Part shown: in pieces, positions 37,574 through 47,146 of the stretch | How positions within the stretch are numbered: position 1 is the first letter of the stretch | How the letters are laid out: the number at the start of each line of letters is the position of its first letter | IMG/VR virus record: IMGVR_UViG_3300021964_000014 | From: a virus | Direction: 5' to 3' (one strand) | DNA length: 64,000 bases | Made by a program: the position numbers and the translations under genes | The notes under the pieces: model-generated | Databases searched by the model: none | What the model was told of the DNA's origin: nothing | Seen by the model: the letters and a program-made list of their open reading frames with translations, nothing else

Positions 37574-38415
37574 TATACTAAAGCTGTTGCTAGTTTAAAC
37601 AATTCTTTATTGACCTTAAGATCTTTCTCGAAAGATTTAATCTTTCTAACCTTTCTAACTTTAGCTCCAGTTAAAGCAGCATGAAAGTCTCCTTGAGTAA
37701 TCTTCTCTTGAACTACGTTGAATACTCTCCATAAATCATCTCCTTTATCCTCATCTCTTTTAGGATCAAGAATATCAATGATAGTTTCATCATCGTAATT
37801 GAACTTCTTAGCCTTTTCAGAACCAGGCTCTATTCCTGCTCTTACTAACATAGCATCTAAAGCTAACTTATTCTTCTCTTCTTGAGTAAGAACTCTTTGC
37901 TTCATCTGATTAAGAACTTCAACCTTATTAGGAAGATCAGCGACAGCTTGATTAACTACACCTCTCAATTCACTAAAAGTATATCCTTTATGCTTTATTT
38001 TGAAGTCACTAAACTGCTCGTCAGCAACGACTAAACCATTAGAACAAACTAATCTAAATATACCAACGCTAAATTTAAACGCTTGCATACCATCGTGAGA
38101 GTTAGTCATTATAATTCTAGGAAAAGAATCATCACCATCTTTACCTTTAATCTTTAAGTCAGGGTTCTGGAAAGCAATCATATGCTTACTAAAGATAGTA
38201 GATTGACCTCTACTTTTTCTTTGAGCAGCTTGAACAGGTTTCCAACCTAGCTTATCTAAATCATCTATAATCGTTTCAGTATTAACGAATAGATACTTAC
38301 CACTAACTTTAGGATTAGTAGCTTGAGTTGCGAATGCCAGAGGACATTCTTCTTGAAGTTGCTCCTTCGTCATATAAGTTTGAGGAGCATTGAAATTTAA
38401 CATTACGTCAGACAT
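37573..38415 (-). CDS. DUF932 family protein
   Basis: NSHDG..F..GIFRLVCSNGLV, R.ED...DLWRVFNVVQEKI; promoter 38447-38479. Confidence 0.85.
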   Translation of the reverse strand: MSDVMLNFNAPQTYMTKEQLQEECPLAFATQATNPKVSGKYLFVNTETIIDDLDKLGWKPVQAAQRKSRGQSTIFSKHMIAFQNPDLKIKGKDGDDSFPRIIMTNSHDGMQAFKFSVGIFRLVCSNGLVVADEQFSDFKIKHKGYTFSELRGVVNQAVADLPNKVEVLNQMKQRVLTQEEKNKLALDAMLVRAGIEPGSEKAKKFNYDDETIIDILDPKRDEDKGDDLWRVFNVVQEKITQGDFHAALTGAKVRKVRKIKSFEKDLKVNKELFKLATALV

Positions 38416-38495
38416 ATTATAACCTTTTTTAAATTATTATTATACTTAAATATAAGAAAAAAAACAATGTGAGGCAACTAATTCACTAAGTTTTT

Positions 38496-38696
38496 TTAAT
38501 TTATTTCCTCCCATTCAATATCATCTACATACCTAACCATAAGGAAATGATCATTATGTCTCAACACATGATCACAGTGCAGATAATCTCTCCAGGCTTT
38601 TAATCCTTCCATGTTAGTTCCTACCTGTTCTTGTTTGATAGTTCTAACTAACTGGTACATTTTACCGTTGAACTCTATTATTTCGTTCCTTCCCAT
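38496..38696 (-). CDS. Hypothetical protein
   Basis: ORF track. Confidence 0.55.
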   Translation of the reverse strand: MGRNEIIEFNGKMYQLVRTIKQEQVGTNMEGLKAWRDYLHCDHVLRHNDHFLMVRYVDDIEWEEIN

Positions 38697-38986
38697 TCCT
38701 TTATATTTTTTAAGAGAAGATAAGTATCTATTGCTTCATCTGTACACCCCCAGTCGTGGTAGTTATCCAAACATTTTTGTACAGCCTGCTTCCATTGTGA
38801 TTTAGGAAGAGTAATTTCATACGCTAAGTCATCTTCACCGAAAGTAATAGAAAACATATCAGCAGAATCTTTCTGGAATTGAAGAGCATCGTGTATAGAT
38901 TCAACTATGGCATCTGTAATTTCTCTGCTTTCTCCTCGAAATACTTTTTCGAATTGTTCTGGGTGTTCAAAATTAAAATGTTTCAT
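38678..38986 (-). CDS. Hypothetical protein
   Basis: ORF track. Confidence 0.6.
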   Translation of the reverse strand: MKHFNFEHPEQFEKVFRGESREITDAIVESIHDALQFQKDSADMFSITFGEDDLAYEITLPKSQWKQAVQKCLDNYHDWGCTDEAIDTYLLLKNIKEWEGTK

Positions 38987-39312
38987 TATTTTCTACTTCC
39001 TGATATTTTATTTGCTTCATCGTAATAAGGTGTTGCTACTACCTTCTCATTCCATTCATGGTAAACCTCTGTATTAGATCCAAACATATACAGCGGTCCG
39101 TCGTAGTCTACAGTAATAAATTTAATATCTTTTAAATCTTTCATTCCTTGACTAGGTTGTCTTTCTGGTTTGGTATAACGTCTTTTACCGTCAAAAGATC
39201 TAAATTCTCTTGAAGTAACTCTATACCAGTTACCTTTTATACAAACTTCTAATACTGCCTCAGTAGGAAAATCATACATCATCTTTTCTAGATGACCTCT
39301 TTTTTCTGCCAT
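38986..39312 (-). CDS. Early hypothetical protein
   Basis: WYRVTSREFRSFDG; AAAGGTT leader; promoter 39329-39361. Confidence 0.65.
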   Translation of the reverse strand: MAEKRGHLEKMMYDFPTEAVLEVCIKGNWYRVTSREFRSFDGKRRYTKPERQPSQGMKDLKDIKFITVDYDGPLYMFGSNTEVYHEWNEKVVATPYYDEANKISGSRK

Positions 39313-39344
39313 AACCTTTATTTATACCTTAATATAAGAATAAT

Positions 39345-39935
39345 TTAGTTAAGATCCAACTGATACCCACTGAATTTTTCCATGTAGGAAGTCATAGAAG
39401 TACCGTAACCATCTTTAAACTCATATCCTTTTCTAAAGAATTTTTTTACATTACCTTGTCCTGCTAAATGAGCAGCAGCTAATATACCAGATTCAGTAAT
39501 GTATACTCCATGGATAGTCTCTCCACAGTACTTTTCTATCTGTCTCTTAAGCTTTTTTCTATTATGCTCTAATAAAGCTTGCATAGCTTCTTCTTGTAAA
39601 GCAGGATTATTTAAAAACTCTTCTTTTTTTACTTTGAATCCTAAACCTTTCAAAGTAGAAGAACCAAATTGATACTTGCCCATATACCCAAAAGTATTCA
39701 CCACATTATAGTTATTACCAGATTCTTTTTGACCTATAGCTTGAAGAAAGTCTACATGTCTATTAGCTGGTATTTCTAACTCTATAATTTCCAATTCAGG
39801 AGTTAAAGTCACTATTTCTGCTGGTTTAATGCTTAATTTTATAGGGTCTGTATATCTTATAGCATTTATAGATGTAAAAGCCATAACAAGGAACATAGCA
39901 ATAACTGCTAAACTCAATCTCGATATATTTTTCAT
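39345..39935 (-). CDS. Lysozyme/transglycosylase-like peptidoglycan hydrolase with N-terminal signal/anchor
   Basis: KESGNNY..N..GY.GKYQFG and LAAAHLAG motifs. Confidence 0.7.
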   Translation of the reverse strand: MKNISRLSLAVIAMFLVMAFTSINAIRYTDPIKLSIKPAEIVTLTPELEIIELEIPANRHVDFLQAIGQKESGNNYNVVNTFGYMGKYQFGSSTLKGLGFKVKKEEFLNNPALQEEAMQALLEHNRKKLKRQIEKYCGETIHGVYITESGILAAAHLAGQGNVKKFFRKGYEFKDGYGTSMTSYMEKFSGYQLDLN

Positions 39936-39949
39936 ATGATTTATTTTAG

Positions 39950-40099
39950 TTAGAAAAGATCTAAGAACGAAGTATTGATCTTCTTATCACGTAATTTTTC
40001 ATTACGCTCATGTGTCTTGACTAAATCGTCAGCCACTTTCCTCTCAAGAGGTTTTTTCTTTTTAAAAGTTGAAAATTTATTTGTTTTCTTCTTTTTCAT
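39950..40099 (-). CDS. Small basic protein
   Basis: Likely start MKKKKT behind TATTTATT at 40103-40110. Confidence 0.45.
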   Translation of the reverse strand: MKKKKTNKFSTFKKKKPLERKVADDLVKTHERNEKLRDKKINTSFLDLF

Positions 40100-40112
40100 A
40101 ATAATAAATAGT

Positions 40113-40742
40113 TTAGTCCCTAGAGATAAACTCTTCTCCGGGCTTTTTATCATCATATAATCCTAATTCTTTAAGATGTTCTATATGATGCTCATCCAAC
40201 TCCCAATCAGGCTCTTCTTCTTTAGTTTTCACGTAATCTTCCATTGCCTCTGCACGTTTCTCATCTATAGGAGATGCTGCATAAAGAAAAGAATGATTAT
40301 AGCAGAGAAACTCTAAATTACCTAGATGCCAATTTTTCTTATTACCATCTTTAAAATTAAGTATCACTGGTATCTTTTGATCAGTTACTCTTCTTTCGGC
40401 AAAACCACATTTGGCACATACCTCTACTAATTTACCTTCACTGAGTAGTCTGGCTTTGATCTTTCTAGGATCAAAATGTTCTATAGGAACTTTACCTTCT
40501 AATAAATCCATAAGAGGAATTTCCTTATTTCCGGAAACAGCAAATTTAGGAATTCCTTCACCTGCTTGATTCTTATGAACTTCTAAAAGAGTTACACCGT
40601 CTTCATCTTTATACATTTTAGCATACTTCTTATAGTGATTATAAGATACATGCAAGTATCTGGCTGCTGCCATATTAGACCTGGTAACCTTTTGAGCTCT
40701 AAGGATATCCTCTTTAGTAATTATTTTAGAAGGACGAGCCAT
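40113..40742 (-). CDS. HTH plus degenerate HNH-like zinc-binding protein
   Basis: SNMAAARYLHVSY HTH; CAKCG..LNFKDGNKKN..NLEFLCYNH lacking the first catalytic His. Confidence 0.6.
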   Translation of the reverse strand: MARPSKIITKEDILRAQKVTRSNMAAARYLHVSYNHYKKYAKMYKDEDGVTLLEVHKNQAGEGIPKFAVSGNKEIPLMDLLEGKVPIEHFDPRKIKARLLSEGKLVEVCAKCGFAERRVTDQKIPVILNFKDGNKKNWHLGNLEFLCYNHSFLYAASPIDEKRAEAMEDYVKTKEEEPDWELDEHHIEHLKELGLYDDKKPGEEFISRD

Positions 40743-41146
40743 TAATAATCTATACCTTTAATCCTCATACTATCATCTTCATCGTGGTCTTCTCTCTGCT
40801 GAGTTGTTACGTTAAAGATATCTTCCTCTAAAGTATTATTAACTTTTTCCTTAACAGATTGAGAAACTTCTGCTTCATCTTTATCCATATCTAGAATTTC
40901 AATAGCATCTGGCATTTTACGACCCATAACTTCTGCTTCATGTTTAGCTATATTATGAGCTGTTTGCCTATCCATAATAATAATATCATTATAGGTATGG
41001 TCACCAGAACCTTCTACTGTAGTAATACCTACTACTTTATCTATAGATGAACAATCTACACAAAAGTTGTAGCCATAATTAGTTTTTCTAAGTTCAGGAA
41101 AAGGGTTGCCACATTTAGGGCAAGGAATCATTTTAATTTTTTGCAT
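40742..41146 (-). CDS. TraR/DksA-like C4 zinc-finger protein
   Basis: CPKCG.P.PELR...GY..CVDCS; promoter 41175-41207. Confidence 0.55.
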   Translation of the reverse strand: MQKIKMIPCPKCGNPFPELRKTNYGYNFCVDCSSIDKVVGITTVEGSGDHTYNDIIIMDRQTAHNIAKHEAEVMGRKMPDAIEILDMDKDEAEVSQSVKEKVNNTLEEDIFNVTTQQREDHDEDDSMRIKGIDY

Positions 41147-41205
41147 ATATAACCGTTTAGTGTTTATTTAAGCTTAAATATACGAAATTTTAGGGGGAAT
41201 TCCAA

Positions 41206-41667
41206 CTAATCTTTAAAAAGATTTATTACTTCCCATACATCTTTAGGGTCTTTGAATTCATGGACGGATGGATCTTTTTCTGTTTCAAGATCTAGCTCTA
41301 TTTTACCATCCCAAGTCTTATCAGGTCTAAGTTGGTATAAGTACATCTGTATTAAGGAAAGTTGTTGAGGGTTAAAGCATATCTTAAATAAATTCTCTAT
41401 TACTCTAAAGTACTTATCTTCATAACCTACTACATCTATACCAATTTCTGATATAAGAAACTCTGTCCTATCTTGAATCTCTATTAATGCTGATAATGCA
41501 TCAATGAACAAACTCTTGTGAACCTGCTCAGGTGATGGACTAAGTGCTTTAATATTGAATGTAAGATTGAGAGAGTTTTTTAATACTTTTCGTATTTCTC
41601 TTTTATTCCTCATCCGCTGGTAAGCCTGGGTTTTGTCCAGATAATGCCTTTCTGATAATCTTATCAA
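41206..41667 (-). CDS. Hypothetical protein (start probably internal, MRNKRE)
   Basis: ORF track. Confidence 0.55.
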   Translation of the reverse strand: MIRLSERHYLDKTQAYQRMRNKREIRKVLKNSLNLTFNIKALSPSPEQVHKSLFIDALSALIEIQDRTEFLISEIGIDVVGYEDKYFRVIENLFKICFNPQQLSLIQMYLYQLRPDKTWDGKIELDLETEKDPSVHEFKDPKDVWEVINLFKD

Positions 41668-41965
41668 AGTACTCTATGTAGATAAAGAAGCCGATGACAG
41701 TTTTATCTTTAAGATTTCTATCTCGTTCTACTCTAAGTTCATACTCTGCAAGACCTTGCTCTAATCTCTTTTCTAACTCAATGGCAATATCATTTTGTTC
41801 TGTAGAAGTAATACCTCCAAATTCAGTAGGAAGGAATTGTACCTTTACGCCTTTCTTTTGAGGATCTTCGTTGACGTCTACTTTTAAAAGAAATTTATGG
41901 CCAACAAAATTTATCTTTGCAGCTTCTGTGATTAACTCTTTTACTAATGATTTTAATTTGCTCAT
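41603..41965 (-). CDS. Late protein, probable internal head protein
   Basis: MSKLKSLVKELITE leader; TATTTATA at 41987-41994. Confidence 0.45.
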   Translation of the reverse strand: MSKLKSLVKELITEAAKINFVGHKFLLKVDVNEDPQKKGVKVQFLPTEFGGITSTEQNDIAIELEKRLEQGLAEYELRVERDRNLKDKTVIGFFIYIEYFDKIIRKALSGQNPGLPADEE

Positions 41966-42004
41966 AATGACTTATGCTTTTACTATTATAAATATGGAGC
42001 TTTG

Positions 42005-42880
42005 TTAAAAGACTTCGAATTCAATTTCAGTATCTGAGAATCCCCAGGTAGATTGATTTTGAGTAAGTTCTTGCTCTATGATTGCTCTTTGTTGATCATT
42101 AGCTTTTCTATTCTTACCATCGAATAAACCTCCTCCACCTTTACCGTGGTTAATATGATAGAATGGTGGATCAAATAATGCTCTCAATTGAAAGCCATGC
42201 ATTACAGATTTCTTTTGTACATTCGTATCAGCGAATAAAGGGTAAATTAACTCTTCTTCAAACCCTCTTATCTCTTCCCAAATGTGTTTAGGAGCTATTT
42301 GGAAATCTCCACAGCAGTTAATCATACTATAATCATCTCCCTCTTGTAACTTTTTAGCTGGATTAGGAATATAGTTTTGATCTATTAGATGTTGTCTAAG
42401 TTTATCATACTCTTGATAGTTAACACCACCACCATGAAACTCTTTTATAACAGGTAAGTCTACATCTCTTCTACTAACAGTATAAAAGCTTTCTTTTTCC
42501 ATAGAGTTAATAGCTGCTTCTAAGTCTTCTCTTTTTGGAGCTATAATATCAATATTAGTTGATACTATATAATCTCCTGAAGATCTCCTGATACCAATGT
42601 TTCTACCTAGTACTTCACAGCATACTTGTGCATGTGGATCGTAGTTAGTAAGCATCTTTGCAGCTTCTGGAGGTATTACTAAGTGTCTAAAGTTACCTTT
42701 AAACTTTAAGTTATCTTTAACTGCATAGAATAAACTTCCGTCTTCTTCAGGTGAGTTCCAATCAATGTAGGTTACTTCATCGTATGTATCAATAGAAGAT
42801 TGAAAACAATATGATGATCTTTCTACTAAATTTCCACCGTAGTCATCATTACGGGATACTATAACTGCTGATATTTTCAT
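42005..42880 (-). CDS. GT-A fold (GT2-like) glycosyltransferase
   Basis: ISAVIVSRNDDYGG, IDWNS, RNIGIRRSSGDYIVSTNIDI, CGDFQ, GFEE. Confidence 0.75.
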   Translation of the reverse strand: MKISAVIVSRNDDYGGNLVERSSYCFQSSIDTYDEVTYIDWNSPEEDGSLFYAVKDNLKFKGNFRHLVIPPEAAKMLTNYDPHAQVCCEVLGRNIGIRRSSGDYIVSTNIDIIAPKREDLEAAINSMEKESFYTVSRRDVDLPVIKEFHGGGVNYQEYDKLRQHLIDQNYIPNPAKKLQEGDDYSMINCCGDFQIAPKHIWEEIRGFEEELIYPLFADTNVQKKSVMHGFQLRALFDPPFYHINHGKGGGGLFDGKNRKANDQQRAIIEQELTQNQSTWGFSDTEIEFEVF

Positions 42881-43827
42881 AATTCTGTGTCTTGTTCAAA
42901 TTGACCTCTCCAACAAGCCCAATATTTTTGAGTCTTTTCAGGTAGGTGATCATAATAATTATCTAAATCGTTTATAAGATTTAATGTACCTCTATAACCT
43001 ATAACTTCGTTTTCTAAGTTAGTGACTAAATCTTGTTCATTTCTATCTTGATAAACAGTAGCTTTATTATAAACTACTGAACCTGGGAAGTACTTTTGTA
43101 CTATATATGCTCCCCATATATCATCCATTCTTCCTGCATGAGGTAAAACAGAGTAGTAAGGAATAACATCTCTATGTAAAAAAGTATTTTGAGAGTTAAA
43201 AGGAGCTATCTGATTAGAAGCAAAAGGTTCAAAGTCTTCAAACTTACAAACAGGCATCTTACTTAATCTACATATAGCATCTATATCAGGATCACCATCC
43301 CAGAAGTCTGCCTGTATCATTACCTTTCTCATATGCTTACCTTTATATTCGATTTCGTTCTTATTAGGAACTAATTCAATAGGGTAACCTCTATGCCAAA
43401 GATCATCATAGTAAGTAGGAGATAAAGGATCAAAAACACTATAAATTTTATGATCAAATATATCAACTTCTTTCCACTGACCTACCATAACATTATCTCC
43501 CCAGTTATCATAAGGTATATTATCATCATCAATCGTAGCGATTACTTCAGCTCCTTGATCGTATGCATATATTAATGCTACGTTTCTTCTTTGAATAGAT
43601 TTCCAACCAATAGTATCACTCAAAGCAGGGTAAAGGTTTTCTTGATCTTGAGGATGTAAGTATTTAAAATTAGAATAATCTTCTTCTAACTTATAATAAA
43701 GTTCATGAGGTGTTTTTGTATCACCAGCAATCACAAATGTCCAATCTTTTTCTTGAGCTATCTTACAAAACTTTTTAGTAGCTATTGTTGGTTCATTAAT
43801 CGTAGTTGTAACTATAAATTTTTTCAT
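42877..43827 (-). CDS. STELLO/DUF288 - RGP (GT75-related) glycosyltransferase-like protein
   Basis: IVTTTINEPT, GDTKTP, RRN..IYA, IDDDN, WHRGYP, GDPDIDAI.R, PFNSQNT, RMDDIW. Confidence 0.75.
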   Translation of the reverse strand: MKKFIVTTTINEPTIATKKFCKIAQEKDWTFVIAGDTKTPHELYYKLEEDYSNFKYLHPQDQENLYPALSDTIGWKSIQRRNVALIYAYDQGAEVIATIDDDNIPYDNWGDNVMVGQWKEVDIFDHKIYSVFDPLSPTYYDDLWHRGYPIELVPNKNEIEYKGKHMRKVMIQADFWDGDPDIDAICRLSKMPVCKFEDFEPFASNQIAPFNSQNTFLHRDVIPYYSVLPHAGRMDDIWGAYIVQKYFPGSVVYNKATVYQDRNEQDLVTNLENEVIGYRGTLNLINDLDNYYDHLPEKTQKYWACWRGQFEQDTEL

Positions 43828-44900
43828 CCGTTTACTTGTTTATTAATCCATTCAAATGTTTTAGCCATTCCTTCTCTAAGGGTAGCTTTTGATTCCCATC
43901 CTACTTTTTCTCTAAAAAGTTTATTATGAGAGTTTCTTCCTTTTACTCCTAGTGGGCAAGGAAAGCCATATTTGTCAATAAAGTCTTGACCATCAATATT
44001 ACCTATCTTTATATCCTTTCCGGAAAGATCAATTGCAATTTGAGCTAGTTGGTTTATAGTAACCATCTCTTCTGAGCCAATATTAACCGGGCCAATAAAT
44101 TTATCTTGTCTCATCAATCTTAAACAAGCTTCAACACATTCATCAACATACATAAAAGATCTAGTTTGTAATCCATTACCCCATACTTCAATTTCATCTT
44201 TATTTTCTGCAGCTTTTCTACACATTGCAGCAGGTGCTTTTTCTTTACCTCCTGTCCAAGTTCCTTGTGGTCCAAATATATTATGAAATCTTGCTACTCT
44301 ACAATCTAACCCGTAATTACGATTAAAAGCTAAAAACAATCTTTCACTAAATAATTTTTCCCATCCGTACTCTGAATCTGGATTAGCTGGGTAAGCAGAA
44401 GATTCTTCACAATTAGGGTTATCTGGGTCTAATTGATTATGCTCAGGATACATACAAGCTGAGGAAGAATAGAATACTTTTTTAGCTTTTGATTGAGTCG
44501 CATAATGAACAACATTAAGGTTAACTAATGCTGAGTTATGCATTACATTAGCATCATTATCACCGGTAAATATGTAACCAGCACCTCCCATATCAGCTGC
44601 TAGTTGGTAGACTTCATCAAAAGAATCTACTTTAGTAAAGGGTTGTTTATGTAGTGTATGTCTATAGATTACACCTTTATCTTCAGAATCTTTTTCTAAC
44701 CTAAATACGGCAGATACAATTGAAGGGTCCCTTAAGTCACCAGAAACATAATCATCACATATATCATCATGGTTCCAAAATTCATGTTCTTTTTTAATGT
44801 CTACGACTCTTACCCAAAAGCCTTCTTCTTTGAGTCTTTTAGCTAAATGGCCTCCAATAAAACCACCGCCTCCTAATACTAATGCTGTTTTCTTATTCAT
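43824..44900 (-). CDS. GDP-mannose 3,5-epimerase-like SDR enzyme
   Basis: GGGGFIG, QLAADMGGAGYI, YSSSACMYPE.NQ, YGWEKL, RFHNIFGP.GTW.GGKEKAPAAMCRK, GVKGRNS. Confidence 0.8.
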   Translation of the reverse strand: MNKKTALVLGGGGFIGGHLAKRLKEEGFWVRVVDIKKEHEFWNHDDICDDYVSGDLRDPSIVSAVFRLEKDSEDKGVIYRHTLHKQPFTKVDSFDEVYQLAADMGGAGYIFTGDNDANVMHNSALVNLNVVHYATQSKAKKVFYSSSACMYPEHNQLDPDNPNCEESSAYPANPDSEYGWEKLFSERLFLAFNRNYGLDCRVARFHNIFGPQGTWTGGKEKAPAAMCRKAAENKDEIEVWGNGLQTRSFMYVDECVEACLRLMRQDKFIGPVNIGSEEMVTINQLAQIAIDLSGKDIKIGNIDGQDFIDKYGFPCPLGVKGRNSHNKLFREKVGWESKATLREGMAKTFEWINKQVNG

Positions 44901-44901
44901 A

Positions 44902-45657
44902 TTACAAAAATTTACGAGCTAATTTATTATACGTTGTGTCTTCAGTTTTAATTATTTCCTTAGTAAGTTTAGACATATATTCCCAAGCATTGCTTTCCCA
45001 TAAATGATGAGCATAAGCATTTGGAAACTCTAAGTCTCTAACAAACATATCTTTTATTCCTTGTTCAGTATGTAAAGGATAATGAAAATTATCATAGTTA
45101 AGGACTGTTAAAGGGAGTACCAGCTCATTATGTATCTTCCAAGGTAGCTGTACTGAATGTGTATCCCATAACTTACTATCAAAGTTTTCATACTGACTAA
45201 ACCAGTAACCAATAAACTCATTCTCTGGTTCTGCTAATATAATAGCGTTACAGAGACCGTATGGCATTTCTGGTTGGTGAGTTTGACCCTGTATTCCCAT
45301 TACACTACTATTACTAAGTAAATCAGTAAATGGTTTAACACAGATAGTATCTATGTCCATATAAATTCCACCTTGCTCATATAATGCTTGTAATCTAATT
45401 ATATCAGCTTTATGAGCCATATGTTCTATCTTATTACCGTATATTTCTTCTGGAGGTTCTACTTTAATTAAGTTAAGTAATGGTTTTACTTCTTCCCAAA
45501 GTTCACCTGAAGGTTCGTACTTGTAATAAAAGTTAATTTCATCTGGGTTATTCAGATCATTAGCAGATTTAATTGAAAGGTAATGTATCAAGTTGAATGG
45601 TTTACCTCCAAAGTCTTCTGTTAATCCGAATATAAAATGAAATTTATTTGGTATCAT
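44902..45657 (-). CDS. GT32 / OCH1-like DXD glycosyltransferase
   Basis: MIPNKFHFIF, HKADIIRL..LYEQGGIYMDID, HLW. Confidence 0.85.
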   Translation of the reverse strand: MIPNKFHFIFGLTEDFGGKPFNLIHYLSIKSANDLNNPDEINFYYKYEPSGELWEEVKPLLNLIKVEPPEEIYGNKIEHMAHKADIIRLQALYEQGGIYMDIDTICVKPFTDLLSNSSVMGIQGQTHQPEMPYGLCNAIILAEPENEFIGYWFSQYENFDSKLWDTHSVQLPWKIHNELVLPLTVLNYDNFHYPLHTEQGIKDMFVRDLEFPNAYAHHLWESNAWEYMSKLTKEIIKTEDTTYNKLARKFL

Positions 45658-46298
45658 TATACTTTATATTTTTTTCTTCCAGTAGCTTCTATTTTATCAT
45701 ATAAGTTATTCTGCTCTTCTTGTCTATCTATCTCTTTAGGATGCAACATACAGAACATTTCATCAGTAGGAAGATATACGAACGTTTTAAATCCTACTAT
45801 TTTACTATGCAATAATCCATCCCATTTTACCCAGTCGCAGTTTCTATATAATCTCATTTGCCAGTCAGGAAAATTTACCCAACCTTTCTCATTAACATTC
45901 CATCTCCATTTTTTAATATGCTCATCAGTTAAACCTTCTACTGTATTAATTCTAGGAACATAGAAAATATCAACTGTATCATTAGATTCTAATATTTGAG
46001 GAAGCATTTTAATAAACTCACTAGTCATTAATTCATCTGCATCTAACTGAAGTATATAATCTCCAGTACAGTGAGAGTTTAAGAAGTTCTTTTGCGTAGC
46101 ATCTCCATCGAAAACTCTAGACTTTAATACTATATTAGATTTAAATTTAACTAATATATCTATAGTCTTTTCATCAGTAGAGTTATCATCCACAATTACT
46201 ATTTCATCTTCTTCTCTTTTATTTTCAACTAAAAACGTTAAGAGTTTATCTATATACTCTCCTTCGTTATGTGTTAATATTGCGTAACTTATTTTCAT
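45657..46298 (-). CDS. GT2 glycosyltransferase
   Basis: THNE, EIVIVDDNSTD, QKN, QLDADE, PDWQMRLY, LHSKI. Confidence 0.85.
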   Translation of the reverse strand: MKISYAILTHNEGEYIDKLLTFLVENKREEDEIVIVDDNSTDEKTIDILVKFKSNIVLKSRVFDGDATQKNFLNSHCTGDYILQLDADELMTSEFIKMLPQILESNDTVDIFYVPRINTVEGLTDEHIKKWRWNVNEKGWVNFPDWQMRLYRNCDWVKWDGLLHSKIVGFKTFVYLPTDEMFCMLHPKEIDRQEEQNNLYDKIEATGRKKYKV

Positions 46299-47146
46299 AG
46301 TGTTGATATGTATTTTTTTAATCTATCTTTAGGTTTCCATCCTAGTCTATCTTGAGCATCGTTATTTTCTCTTAACGTACATCTGTAGTTACCTGGTTGG
46401 TCTGAAATGTAAGAAGAGTCACAATTGAATCTATCTTTAAACATTCGGTATACTTCATTAATAGAGTAGTTTAAACCAGTCCCTAATTCCCAAGCATCTT
46501 CATGCACTTCAGTCTTAAACCCTATTTTATATAACCCGTCTACTATATCATCTACATGAGTAAAGTCTCTTAACTGTTCTCCATCTCCTACTATCGTAAG
46601 AGGTTTTCCTTTACTAATCTGATCTCTCCATATACCAATCAATGCAGCCATTTCTCCATCAACGATTTCTTTTGGACCATATACATTATAAAAACGTGCT
46701 ATTTCTACATCCATGCCGTAAGTAACCTTATACATCTTACAGACTTCTTCACCTAGATATTTGTAAGCTGCATATGGAGACTGATAAGGATTGTGCCACT
46801 TAGATGATGACCCAGCATAAATTACTTTAGCACCAGATTTCCTAGCAAATTCTAATACTGCTTCAGTACCTTTTACATTAGAGTTAAAAGTCAAACTAGG
46901 GTAATTAAAAGAAGGTTGAATTCTACTTAACGCAGCTAGATGATATACTTTTTCAAAATTCATTCCATACTCATACTGTAGTGACTCAACAGGTTGATGT
47001 CTGTACAAAGCATGTGGATTGTGATTATAAGGCGTACCTGTAGAATAATCATCTATAGATATTACATCATGACCTTCTTTAACTAATCTACTTATTAAAT
47101 TAGTTCCTATAAAACCTGCTCCTCCTGTTACTAATACTTTACTCAT
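46295..47146 (-). CDS. NAD-dependent nucleotide-sugar epimerase/dehydratase
   Basis: VTGGAGFIG, HLAA, SSS, YAAYK, RFYNVYGP, GDGEQLRDFTHVDD. Confidence 0.9.
   Translation of the reverse strand: MSKVLVTGGAGFIGTNLISRLVKEGHDVISIDDYSTGTPYNHNPHALYRHQPVESLQYEYGMNFEKVYHLAALSRIQPSFNYPSLTFNSNVKGTEAVLEFARKSGAKVIYAGSSSKWHNPYQSPYAAYKYLGEEVCKMYKVTYGMDVEIARFYNVYGPKEIVDGEMAALIGIWRDQISKGKPLTIVGDGEQLRDFTHVDDIVDGLYKIGFKTEVHEDAWELGTGLNYSINEVYRMFKDRFNCDSSYISDQPGNYRCTLRENNDAQDRLGWKPKDRLKKYISTL

Noticed and set aside
25771-39361. CRISPR array made of the repeated cassettes
   Set aside because: Repeats are separated by whole genes of variable length and match promoter consensus; the Cas4-like nuclease stands alone
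40113-40742. Mobile HNH homing endonuclease
   Set aside because: Catalytic His appears replaced (LNFKDG), the gene is translationally coupled, and no intron or insertion boundaries are visible
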